Of a stretch of DNA of 32,000 nucleotides, positions 1-8,291 are shown one piece after another (the stretch's first letter is position 1; each line of letters opens with the position of its first letter). A model generated the notes under the pieces. It was given only the letters and a program-made list of their open reading frames with translations. It had not been told where the DNA came from and did no database searches. The stretch spans positions 5,340,001 through 5,372,000 of the forward strand of contig NZ_RSDW01000001.1 of assembly GCF_003945235.1 (NCBI RefSeq), given 5' to 3'. This DNA comes from Edaphobacter aggregans (lineage in GTDB: Bacteria > Acidobacteriota > Terriglobia > Terriglobales > Acidobacteriaceae). A program made the position numbers and the translations under genes.

Positions 1-1
1 G

Positions 2-214
2 ATGAACTCGATAGTCTTCAGATTGCCAGATCGATTCCCACAATTCTTGTGGCTTCGCAAAACGTGCTCTCTCTGCACATCAATAGAATTCGAAGCCGCA
101 GAAGTGCAGCCACTCGATGCGCTCTTAAGCTTCTTTGCACTGAAACCAGTCCGGTGCCTTAATTGTTGGCGTCGCTATTACTGGTTTGTAAGAAAGGGCG
201 AATCCTCGATATGA
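2..214 (+). CDS. hypothetical small zinc-ribbon-like protein (CxxC-26aa-CxxC); possibly truncated by the window edge
   Basis: 70-codon ORF from the track. The Cys pairs CSLC and CLNC lie 26 aa apart and are followed by WRRYYWF. No upstream context is visible. The DNA at about 30-90 also weakly resembles the intergenic repeat family, so coding status is uncertain. Confidence 0.3.
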   Translation: MNSIVFRLPDRFPQFLWLRKTCSLCTSIEFEAAEVQPLDALLSFFALKPVRCLNCWRRYYWFVRKGESSI

Positions 215-272
215 ACATTCCAGCACAGCGCAAATCTGCCTCAGGTTTCAGCGAATCCAAGGAAACACTTAT

Positions 273-644
273 TTGAAAAATTCTGAATATTCTTTCGGTT
301 CTACATCGAACGATCTGCTATTTAAGCTCGATCCAAAGCTGCCGCATTCTTATCTCAATTATCAGGTAATCGCGCAAAACAGAGAAGAAGTGCAGGATAT
401 CCAGAACGCCCCATCCATCAGTATCAGCACATACCTGACCGACTCGGCACAGACGCAGCTTCTCACGACAATTAGCGTTTACAGTCAAAGAGGCGAAAGC
501 ACTGATCAAATTCGATTACTCTACATGAACGCTGTTGCGTGTTCGGTATGGCACGATATGGGCAGGTCAGCCCTAATAATCGGTTCAGTACATCGTCCAC
601 CGAAGACGACTTCGCTGACATTTGGAGTGCCATTTAGTGAATAG
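273..644 (+). CDS. hypothetical protein
   Basis: 123-codon ORF with a TTG start in a visibly AT-richer stretch. No recognisable motif and no clear SD. Confidence 0.2.
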   Translation: MKNSEYSFGSTSNDLLFKLDPKLPHSYLNYQVIAQNREEVQDIQNAPSISISTYLTDSAQTQLLTTISVYSQRGESTDQIRLLYMNAVACSVWHDMGRSALIIGSVHRPPKTTSLTFGVPFSE

Positions 645-826
645 AAGGTGTTTTAGGTCGCATTACGCGGCCCCTCAGATGCATCTTCGACCTTGGCAGT
701 AGCGACACCAATTAGGGCGCAACCGTATCTTGACAACAATAAGTGCACAAGCCTACGGTTAACACCGAGCGAGTCTCTTTCTTACTCTTTCAGGTTCACT
801 GAACTAAGTCAGCCCATCTGAAGTTT

Positions 827-855
827 TTCCTCTTAGACCTACTGCTAAGGAGGAA
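827..855 (+). promoter_or_regulatory. SD-sequestering hairpin in the hsp20 5' UTR (candidate RNA thermometer)
   Basis: uuccucuuag (827-836) pairs with cuaaggaggaa (845-855). This gives 10 bp with a single bulged G849 and an 8-nt loop. The SD AAGGAGGA (847-854) is fully paired, and the ATG is at 863. Confidence 0.45.
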
Positions 856-862
856 CTGCGTC

Positions 863-1363
863 ATGACACTATTGACCGGTTGGGAATCCGTCCGCGAATT
901 ATCCGCTATGCAAGACCGCATGAACCGCATGAACCGTCTTTTCCGCGAGTCGTATGGGTCCGAAGTGCCGGAAGAGGCGTTGACAACCACCACCCTCGCA
1001 CCGCCAGTGGACATCTACGAAGACGAGCACAACATTATTCTGAAGATCGAAGTCCCGGGCATCGACGAAAAAGAAATTGATGTTCGCATTCAGAACAACA
1101 CCCTCACCGTCCAAGGCGAGCGCAAGATCGAGAAGGAAGAGAAAGAGGAGAACTTCCGCCGCGTCGAGCGGCAATACGGAAGCTTTACTCGCTCGTTCAC
1201 ACTTCCCAGCTCCGTGGATCCGGGGCAAGTGAGCGCCCGCTGTGATAAGGGCGTGCTGAAGATTAGCTTGGCCAAGAAGGTTGAAGCCAAGCCCACGCAG
1301 ATCAAAGTCAATGTTGGCGGCGAGAAGACGCTCGAAGCCGTGACTCCAGGAAAGGCTGCATAA
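863..1363 (+). CDS. hsp20: Hsp20/alpha-crystallin family small heat-shock protein
   Basis: 166 aa with a typical alpha-crystallin core (PPVDIYEDEHNIILKIEVPGIDEKEIDVRIQNNTLTVQGERK...FRRVERQYGSFTRSFTLPSSVD...KGVLKISLAKK). Strong SD AAGGAGGA about 9 nt upstream. Confidence 0.95.
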   Translation: MTLLTGWESVRELSAMQDRMNRMNRLFRESYGSEVPEEALTTTTLAPPVDIYEDEHNIILKIEVPGIDEKEIDVRIQNNTLTVQGERKIEKEEKEENFRRVERQYGSFTRSFTLPSSVDPGQVSARCDKGVLKISLAKKVEAKPTQIKVNVGGEKTLEAVTPGKAA

Positions 1364-1381
1364 ACCGGTAACGAATGGAGA

Positions 1382-1420
1382 AATGGGAGGTTGGCTTTAT
1401 ACTGCCTCCCATTCTATTTT
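1382..1420 (+). terminator. stem-loop downstream of hsp20 (probable intrinsic terminator)
   Basis: Perfect 9-bp inverted repeat aatgggagg (1382-1390) / cctcccatt (1405-1413) with a 14-nt loop, followed by ctatttt. Confidence 0.5.
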
Positions 1421-1886
1421 CCCTCCACGCGCCTCCGCCGCTGTGTCGCCAGTCTGTCTGCCCCAGCGTTCCGCCAGCGTCGAGCACTCACAATACATGA
1501 AAAAACTCTACGAGGGGGCGTTCCTCACCTCCGAAGATAAACAATCTCCCGTAACTCCATCGTCAACTATGAAGTCGGCCTTCACCAGCCAGGAGGCCGC
1601 TAGGATTAGTTACGAGAACCGCTCTTGTCGTCAGTTATCCCGTTATTTCTGGATTGTCGGCAATCCGGGAAAGAATCCGCGTTACAAATCTCGATCAGCG
1701 CAAAATCGCCAATTCACTCATCGTGGAATGCGAGCCACATGGCCGAATATGTATGGTCCGCCGTCCGACTGCAAGGAAAAAGCTAGAAGCGAACAAGACA
1801 AGTCTGCGCAAATGTATTCGGCCTTTGGTCGAGCACTGCGCTCCTGGCCAGGATGAGTTGCGCGCGTATCTGTCCTTATTAGTCGG

Positions 1887-2875
1887 TCGGTTGTTGCAAA
1901 CCAACGCGTCCAGCAGGTTTCCAGACACGCCGTTGTGACTGTTCTTTCGTCCTTGCTGTTTCTGTGCAGACCTTGGTGGGTAAACTTTAAGCCGTCGTCG
2001 TAGTGCGGTAAAGTGGGAGCGCGTCAGCGCTTCCAAGCCGCAGGCGTCTTTTCCGCGCTGTTCTATGATGCTGTGATCATGTTGCTGTTCGGTCGGTAGT
2101 CTTCTCCGCTGGATAGCACCGCCCATGCGATGCGGGCCAGCTTATTGGCCATGGCGACCACGACGACATTTTTCGGAGCTCGGGCATCAAGCGCATCCAG
2201 CCAAGCTCCGATCGGCGCTCGATCCCGCTTGATCCGCAGCACTGCAACCCGTGCTCCGTGGATGAGGATCTTGCGCAGGTAGACGTTGCCGCGTTTGCTG
2301 ATGCCGAGCAACCTTGCCTTGCCTCCAGTCGAATACTGTCGTGGCACGACACCGAGCCACGCAGCAAAGTCGCGTCCCTTTCGAAAGGCTGCGCCGTTGC
2401 CGATGGCGGCTACGATGGCTGTGGCCACGATAGGCCCGATCCCCGGAATCTGTCGGATGCGAGTACACCCCGGATCGGCGGCGGAGATCCGTTCCAGCTC
2501 GAGGCTGAGTCTTTTAATCTGGTCTTCGACAGTCTTCCACTCGTTCCAACGGAGATCGAATGGCTTTACAAACTGGGCTGCGATCAGCCGCACATCATGG
2601 CCTTGCTTCCGCAACGCGCGTGCAAGAAAATGCGCTCCATGCCTCCAGTCCGATCAACGATATCTGCATGTTCGCGGTGTACGTCAGCAGTTGTCGTTGC
2701 GTGAACTTCTTCCGAACCAGCACCTTGCCGGCTACACCAAGCGCTGCCAGGTGAAACGTCGTCTTGCCAAGATCGATGCCTACCGAAACTATCTGCATAT
2801 CGATGATCCTCCTTATTAGAAGCAGCCACCACGATCAACCTGCCCAAGCAGGTCAATCAAGCGGCGGACCATCTC
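1887..2875 (-). mobile_element. decayed IS110-family element, copy 1 (boundaries tentative)
   Basis: Contains the broken transposase at 2063-2798. It is bracketed by the identical 9-mer attagtcgg at 1878-1886 and 2876-2884, both inside repeat-family units. No terminal inverted repeats were seen, as is usual for IS110-family elements. Confidence 0.3.
2063..2798 (-). pseudogene. IS110-family transposase, frameshifted and internally deleted
   Basis: N-terminal ORF 2595-2798 reads MQIVSVGIDLGKTTFHLAAL..LEAW, the DEDD-type start. The C-terminal ORF 2063-2614 carries IPGIGPIVATAIVAAIGNGAAFRKGRDFAAWLGVVPRQYSTGGKARLLGISKRGNVYLRKIL. The expected AHFLARALRKQGHDV is readable only after a frame change near 2615-2640. 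About 100 codons normally found between QFVKPF and the coiled-coil region are missing, with the junction near 2555. Confidence 0.85.
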
Positions 2876-3034
2876 ATTAGTCGGCAAATCGGACAAGTCG
2901 CCGAAGGCAAGTGGTGGCCGACTCCCATTTCCGGATAGCCGGTTTTACGTCCAGGTGGACTGGATTTGTAAACACTGGCTGACTTACGAAGACTAATCTC
3001 GCCGTCGAAGTCGGATAGCTTCCGGTTAGTCTAC
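2876..3034. repeat. array of about 5 units of the dispersed quasi-palindromic intergenic repeat
   Basis: Units include attagtcggcaaatcggacaagtcgcc (2876-2902), tttccggatagccggttttacgtccaggtggac (2928-2960) and gccgtcgaagtcggatagcttccggttagtctac (3001-3034). The 24-mer at 2930-2953 is identical to 8081-8104. Confidence 0.7.
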
Positions 3035-3323
3035 AAACCACTCAGAACGCGGAATCCCTCTTCAGGTTGATTTGTTCCGTAGGGTTGTTCATTCACCCGA
3101 TGAGGGGTGGCTGCTTCCATGTGCCGTCGAGTGTCTCGGGCTTGGGGCCCGTAGAGGCGCATGAACACCACGAATGGTCCGTTTGGCGCGGGCAGCCAAC
3201 TGGAGTCCTTGTCCGTTCCCGGCGAATCGTGTTGGATGTGGAGGCGTCAGACCGCCGTCGGCGTCACTTTGCAAGTCCGGCAACACCTGAGAATTGATGA
3301 GATAGCGGTGGAGGGGATTGGCA

Positions 3324-5258
3324 TCAGCCTACTTTGATCGCCCGCACCTCTGAGGCGCGCTCATCGACCGGGATCATGGGCAGTCCGCCTTTGGTCTTGA
3401 TGGGCAGGCTGCGGAGGTAATCCATGACCGCCTGCCATTCTTTGATCTCCCGGACGGCACCTCCCTCCGTCATCGCGTCGACACTGCTTTTATCCACCGT
3501 ACCCGGCGGGGGAAGCAGGTCGGGAGTGTCGCCACGAGGGTCGTCGAGTAACTCGGTCTTCGCCTTGAGCGGCTGCCCCTCCTTGTTCTTGGGCACAAGA
3601 GTGAGTTTGCCCTTTGTGTATGTCGGGATGGCCACAACTATCTTGCCGAAAAACAGAGGGCATGTGAGGCAGTACAAACGCTCTTCCTTCCCTGTGATGT
3701 CGATCGCACGGTAGCCGTGATCTAGGTCTCCTATTTCGATCGCCGTTACGACGTCGAACATTGGGCGCGACATATCGTAGCGAAACCGCATGCCCGAGGT
3801 GCGGGGAAAAGTTTCGCCCGGGTGGGTCGGATTATCCACAAGCAGAAATTCGAGCATATGCTTCAACTCCTGGCCCGTGAAGTAAGCCGTCACCAGGGCG
3901 CTGCCTGCCGTTGTATCCACGATACCGGCGCCGAGGGGTGCCACAGCGAACACGTCGTAGACCGTCTGCACGCCTGACTTCCCCCGTGTTAAACCCGCGC
4001 GCATCATTGCATTGGCGGTGATTGCAATGTCGGCGTTGGTGGCTTTGCGGAATGAGTCGGTGACGAGGTTGGCGAGGGGCGTGCCGGCGGCGATGTCTGT
4101 GAAGGTGTTGGGCAGATCCTGCGGCGCCACCGCCAGCGGCTGATCAATGCTGTAACCGCGGGACGCGAATACGACCTTGGTGACAGTCTTCTTGTACCCG
4201 TTGATCTCGTCGGTTATGGCCCGGTCGCCAGCAATGGTGTCGTCAATCGGGTGGAGCTGGTAGGACTCCACCGTCAGCTTGCCGCCGTCCACAGTAATCA
4301 CCAGTTCGCCGAGGTTCTGTCCATACTTCCCGGCCTGCACCACGGGGGTGCGACCGTTGACGATAATCGCATCTTGCAGCGCAGTATGGCTGTGGCCGCC
4401 AATGACCACGTCGATGCCGGGCACGGCCTCAGCCACGCGCACGTCATCGCCGCCGGTGAATTTCCCGTCCTTTCCTCTCGCTACGCCGCCGTGGCTAAGG
4501 CAAATAACCACATCCACCTTCTCTTTCTCGTGGAGAACATTCACCATATCCTTGGCGGTCTCGATGGCGTCGGGGAACGAAGCTGCACCGCCTTGGGTGT
4601 AGACTCCGGCTTCTTTGCCGAGCAACCCGAAGATGCCGAAGCGTACACCGCCGCGCTCGATCACGAGATGGCGGCGGATCACCCCATCCTTCGCCAAACG
4701 CTGGAGATCGGCCAGCGTTGCGTCTGTCCCATCGAAGTTAGTGTTCGAGGCGACGATCGGAGGAACATGTCCAGCTTTGGCGGCCACTCCGATGGATTGA
4801 CCCAGTCCGTCGGGACCGAAGTCAAACTCGTGGTTTCCGAAGGTGGTGGCATCGTAACCCATCCGGGACAGGAGTTGCAGTTCGGCGCCGGTCTCGCGAG
4901 TGGCCCCGCCGAAGGCGGTCCCCATGCTGTAGTCCCCATCGTCCAGGATCAGCACCGCGCCGAGACCCTGGCGCGCTTCCTTCCTCTGGCGAATTAACGC
5001 GGCTAGACGAGCGTATCCACCCAGTGTCTTGTCGTCGCCAGTGCTGAACGGGGTGTAGTCCGAGGCCGGGCCCAGCCCGATGAAATTCGAGTGGAGGTCG
5101 TTGGTGTGCAGGATGGTGAAGGTCTTCTTCCCCTCCGCTGCCATGACCAAGTCCCCACATAAAAGGATTGCGGCACCGACCGCCGCTGAGCGAGCCAGGA
5201 ACTCGCGACGGGATGGTGTTTCACTTCCCACGAGATATTGTTGCCGTGTGGTCTTCAT
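3324..5258 (-). CDS. bifunctional metallophosphatase/5'-nucleotidase, TAT-exported
   Basis: 644 aa with a twin-arginine signal (SRREFLARSAAVGAA). Metallophosphoesterase motifs HTNDLHS, DDGDYSMGT, GNHEFD, LSHGG and GGHSH are followed by a 5'-nucleotidase C-terminal-type region. Confidence 0.9.
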   Translation of the reverse strand: MKTTRQQYLVGSETPSRREFLARSAAVGAAILLCGDLVMAAEGKKTFTILHTNDLHSNFIGLGPASDYTPFSTGDDKTLGGYARLAALIRQRKEARQGLGAVLILDDGDYSMGTAFGGATRETGAELQLLSRMGYDATTFGNHEFDFGPDGLGQSIGVAAKAGHVPPIVASNTNFDGTDATLADLQRLAKDGVIRRHLVIERGGVRFGIFGLLGKEAGVYTQGGAASFPDAIETAKDMVNVLHEKEKVDVVICLSHGGVARGKDGKFTGGDDVRVAEAVPGIDVVIGGHSHTALQDAIIVNGRTPVVQAGKYGQNLGELVITVDGGKLTVESYQLHPIDDTIAGDRAITDEINGYKKTVTKVVFASRGYSIDQPLAVAPQDLPNTFTDIAAGTPLANLVTDSFRKATNADIAITANAMMRAGLTRGKSGVQTVYDVFAVAPLGAGIVDTTAGSALVTAYFTGQELKHMLEFLLVDNPTHPGETFPRTSGMRFRYDMSRPMFDVVTAIEIGDLDHGYRAIDITGKEERLYCLTCPLFFGKIVVAIPTYTKGKLTLVPKNKEGQPLKAKTELLDDPRGDTPDLLPPPGTVDKSSVDAMTEGGAVREIKEWQAVMDYLRSLPIKTKGGLPMIPVDERASEVRAIKVG

Positions 5259-5580
5259 TGTTGTCCCTTCAATGGTGGCTTGGTCTTCGCGGCAAAAAAC
5301 AACAGCACCACTGCGACACTTCGACAGGTCTTATTCTTCCAGCCATAGCTCTGTCTTCCCACAACGTAACGAACATCAGCAACTCACCTGCAGCCTTATT
5401 GGCCAGCCGCATCCGTATGGAAACGAAGTCTATAAGGACTGTGCTGACCGCTCCACTAGCAATATTGGCAGTTCGAACGGAATATTGTCTGAGCGTCGTG
5501 GGATAGATCCCGAATCATGGGCAATCCAGAAGTTATTCGTCGTCCGTGGATTAGCAACGATACGCGCTGGTGTTCACTGA

Positions 5581-5637
5581 CGTCCAGTCGGGGACTTTCC
5601 ACTTGGACGAAGAGTCGGCTTTCCGGACAAGTGACCC
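5581..5637. repeat. two units of the dispersed intergenic repeat
   Basis: cgtccagtcggggactttccacttggac followed by gaagagtcggctttccggacaagtgacc. The second matches the consensus AAGTCGGnTTTCCGGcAAGT. Confidence 0.6.
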
Positions 5638-5953
5638 TCTCGTTCAACTGTTGCTAACAGCACGATGCACTCATTGAGTGGCTTGGCGTTTTCGCATCTT
5701 TTGACAGCGATGATGCCCAAATTAACTTCGGGATCGCCAACAACCTATTTCCGTCACAATCAAGTCCTAAGCTTGACGTCACTTGCAAGCTCTCCTACCA
5801 TTCAGATGCATCAGCGAGCCGCTCACCCGATACAGCCATCCCTTGGTGAGAGTACTCCGCTTCACGGGCCCTTCTTCCGTTGTGTTGGCTAAGTTCCGAA
5901 CGTCGTTCCAACGTCTCGTTGAACATTAACAAACAAAGATCGGAGATTCCTCG

Positions 5954-6535
5954 ATGCAGAAGACGAAGCCCGTTTTCTTCGCGCTTGCCATCTTTACGTT
6001 CTTGTCTACATCCTTTGTGACCGCGCAGGAAGTTCTACCTAAACCCGAAACTCCATTACAGGGAAAGATCGGACGCACCGTCGCCGAATCCAAGCCTGAT
6101 TTTCCGAAGAGTATCGAAGCACCGAAAGGCGCTCCAAACGTGTTGCTCATCCTTACAGATGACGTTGGGTTAGGTGCAAGCAGCGTCTTCGGGGGTCCGG
6201 TTCAGACGCCGAATTTTCAGCGGCTTGCCGACGGCGGGCTTCGCTACAACATGTTCCATACCACGGCCCTTTGCTCGCCAACCGGGGCAGCGCTGATCAC
6301 CGGACGCAATCACCGCAGCGTCGCCAGCGGTGTCATCACAGAGATGGCAACAGGATATCGGGGATACAATTCGCTGGCGCCAAACAGCGCGGGCACTGTG
6401 GCCGAAGTTTTGAAGCAGAACGGCTACAACACATTCTGGTTCGGCAAAATGCACAATGTGCCGGACTGAATGTCGAGTCAGGCTGGCCCATTCGATCTCT
6501 GGCCGACCGTCCTTGGCTTTGAGTACTTCAGCTAG
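5954..6535 (+). pseudogene. arylsulfatase remnant (N-terminal roughly 190 codons only)
   Basis: Signal peptide, then the sulfatase N-terminal pattern PNVLLILTDDVG...CSPTGAALITGRNH. The sulfatase signature CxPxR reads CSPTG here. An in-frame TGA at 6467-6469 sits where homologs have W (NVPD*MSSQAGPFDLWPTVLGFEYF). Similarity ends at the TAG at 6533-6535. Confidence 0.8.
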
Positions 6536-6704
6536 GTTAGGAGCATTCCGAGACCCACAAAGGATGCACATGACAGAGGTCTATGCTGCGGCGCGGTCGA
6601 ACTGCACTAGAGAAATCGGGCGGATGCTCGATGCGAATCCAGATTTGGGCCGAACTCGACGTTTGATCAATACCAGAGCCTGGATTTCAACCAAGGAGAA
6701 ATGG

Positions 6705-7730
6705 ATGACTTCGCAGATCAAATCTGGAGGCTTGGTGCTTGCACTCATCATCATGGGATTTGCTTCATCTTCGCTCGCTCAACAGAAGGGGCAATGGGTC
6801 CCGGGACAATTCGGTCTCAATGCCGGTGTGATTCCCGATCCCGGCATCACTTATGGCAACCTGTCGCTCAATTACTCTGCCAGTCGATTGAATAACTCCA
6901 ACGGAGACCGCGTTATTCAGAATGTCACGGGAACGTACTCGTTCTGGGTGAATGAGAACATCATCTACTACGTCCCGAAACATAAGTTCCTCGGCGGATA
7001 TTTCATGCCCTATGTTGCACTCAACTACGCGTCCGGTTCCGTGGTGGCTGACCTTACCCTGACATCAACTAACCTCAGTGCTGGCGGTGGTGGATCAGGT
7101 TTTGCCGATATGTATGTCCAGCCTGTGAACCTGGGTTGGCACTTTGGGAAGCGGGTCGACTTCAATGCCGGATACTCTTTCGTCGCCCCCACCGGTCGAT
7201 ATACAGCGGGAGCGAGCGACAACGTGGGTTCCGGATATTGGGGTAACAATATAACGAGTGGCACCACGTACTACATCACCAAGAACAAGGGAACCACCGC
7301 AAACTTAGCCACCGCCTGGGAAATCCATGGGCAAAGACAAACCGCCAGCGTGCCGGCGGGCCAGTTCAGCTACAAAACGCCCGGACAGGCATTCACTACT
7401 GAGTGGGGAGTCGGGCAGGTTCTTCCCCTGAAAAAAGATTTCAGCAGACTGCTCCAACTCGGATTGGTAGGGTATGACCAATGGCAGGTTACGGGTAGCG
7501 GCGGAACGGTAATCGTTGCCGGTATCCCTGTCCCTGCGAGTAGAATTCCGCACTACTCAGTTCATGGAATTGGTCTTCAGTCTAATTTCATCCTTCCAGC
7601 GAATGGTCTGGCGGCATTCTTCAAGTACTACGACGAGTATTCGGCCAAGGCTCGTCCGCAGGGACGCACTTTTGTTTTCGGCTTTTCGTGGACCTTGCGG
7701 ATTCCAAAGCCACTGCCTGCAAATCCGTAG
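6705..7730 (+). CDS. outer-membrane beta-barrel protein (MetA-pathway/'transporter' OMP-like)
   Basis: 341 aa from ATG 6705, with AAGGAG 6 nt upstream. Signal peptide ...GFASSSLAQQ. The sequence is Gly/Tyr/Asn-rich with an alternating pattern. GSGFADMYVQPVNLGW...APTGRY resembles that OMP family, from memory. The upstream part of ORF 6456-7730 is non-coding-looking. Confidence 0.7.
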   Translation: MTSQIKSGGLVLALIIMGFASSSLAQQKGQWVPGQFGLNAGVIPDPGITYGNLSLNYSASRLNNSNGDRVIQNVTGTYSFWVNENIIYYVPKHKFLGGYFMPYVALNYASGSVVADLTLTSTNLSAGGGGSGFADMYVQPVNLGWHFGKRVDFNAGYSFVAPTGRYTAGASDNVGSGYWGNNITSGTTYYITKNKGTTANLATAWEIHGQRQTASVPAGQFSYKTPGQAFTTEWGVGQVLPLKKDFSRLLQLGLVGYDQWQVTGSGGTVIVAGIPVPASRIPHYSVHGIGLQSNFILPANGLAAFFKYYDEYSAKARPQGRTFVFGFSWTLRIPKPLPANP

Positions 7731-8018
7731 CCCAACCACAAACGGGTCAAGACGGCAAACCGTAATCTCCTAGCAAGCCCGGCGAGTCGAGGCAAATCCA
7801 GCTGACCGCCGATCCGCGCCAGTTGGCTCGCTACGATTCAGCCGCCTCGCAGTGGCGCGTCGCACCGGGTGTTGACCATGTGGCCCTAGGCAGGTCAGCC
7901 ACTGATCTCGTGCTGAAGGCGACACTCAGATATCCGGGCGCCTTTTCGGAAAGAGAGGGCCCACAGTTGGCGGTAGCAGACCAATGCGCTGATTGAGAAG
8001 GCGTAACGCTGCAATCAC

Positions 8019-8111
8019 TTTGCCGGAAAGTCGGTTTGTCGGACAAGTGCCTGTGGGCCGGCATCTATGGAAATCACTTCTCCGGATAGCCGGTTTTACG
8101 TCCACTTGAAC
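8019..8111. repeat. array of units of the dispersed intergenic repeat
   Basis: tttgccggaaagtcggtttgtcggacaagtgcc (8019-8051) and ttctccggatagccggttttacgtccacttgaac (8078-8111), with a degenerate unit between them. Confidence 0.7.
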
Positions 8112-8291
8112 TGGGAGGACATCAGTAAACAGAAGCCCACTTCTCGTTACCGATCGATACTCGATGAGTGCCTCGGCGATTTGTCATCAAGCGAGACAGC
8201 CAGATCGCGGCACCAATCTCCGGAATTCCAAAGATTGACGTCGTGTCTAGTGGATTTTATAGCGGGTTTGACACTCCCAAATACCATGACT

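Noticed and set aside
1383-2126. Three overlapping ORFs (1383-1856, 1654-1938 and 1695-2126) between hsp20 and IS110 copy 1
   Set aside because: They are mutually exclusive, without SDs or motifs. The region contains degenerate repeat units (1663-1723) and the 3' flank of the decayed IS.
4251-4997. 248-codon ORF antisense to the 5'-nucleotidase gene, together with several other ORFs overlapping 3324-5258
   Set aside because: This is a typical long antisense ORF in high-GC DNA. Its translation is low-complexity (Ala/Gly/His/Val-rich) with no motifs, whereas the opposite strand carries a complete set of metallophosphoesterase motifs.
6456-6704. N-terminal 83-codon extension of the barrel-protein ORF
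   Set aside because: The extension overlaps the sulfatase remnant and is Arg-rich. It precedes a much better start, ATG 6705, which has AAGGAG upstream and is immediately followed by a signal peptide.
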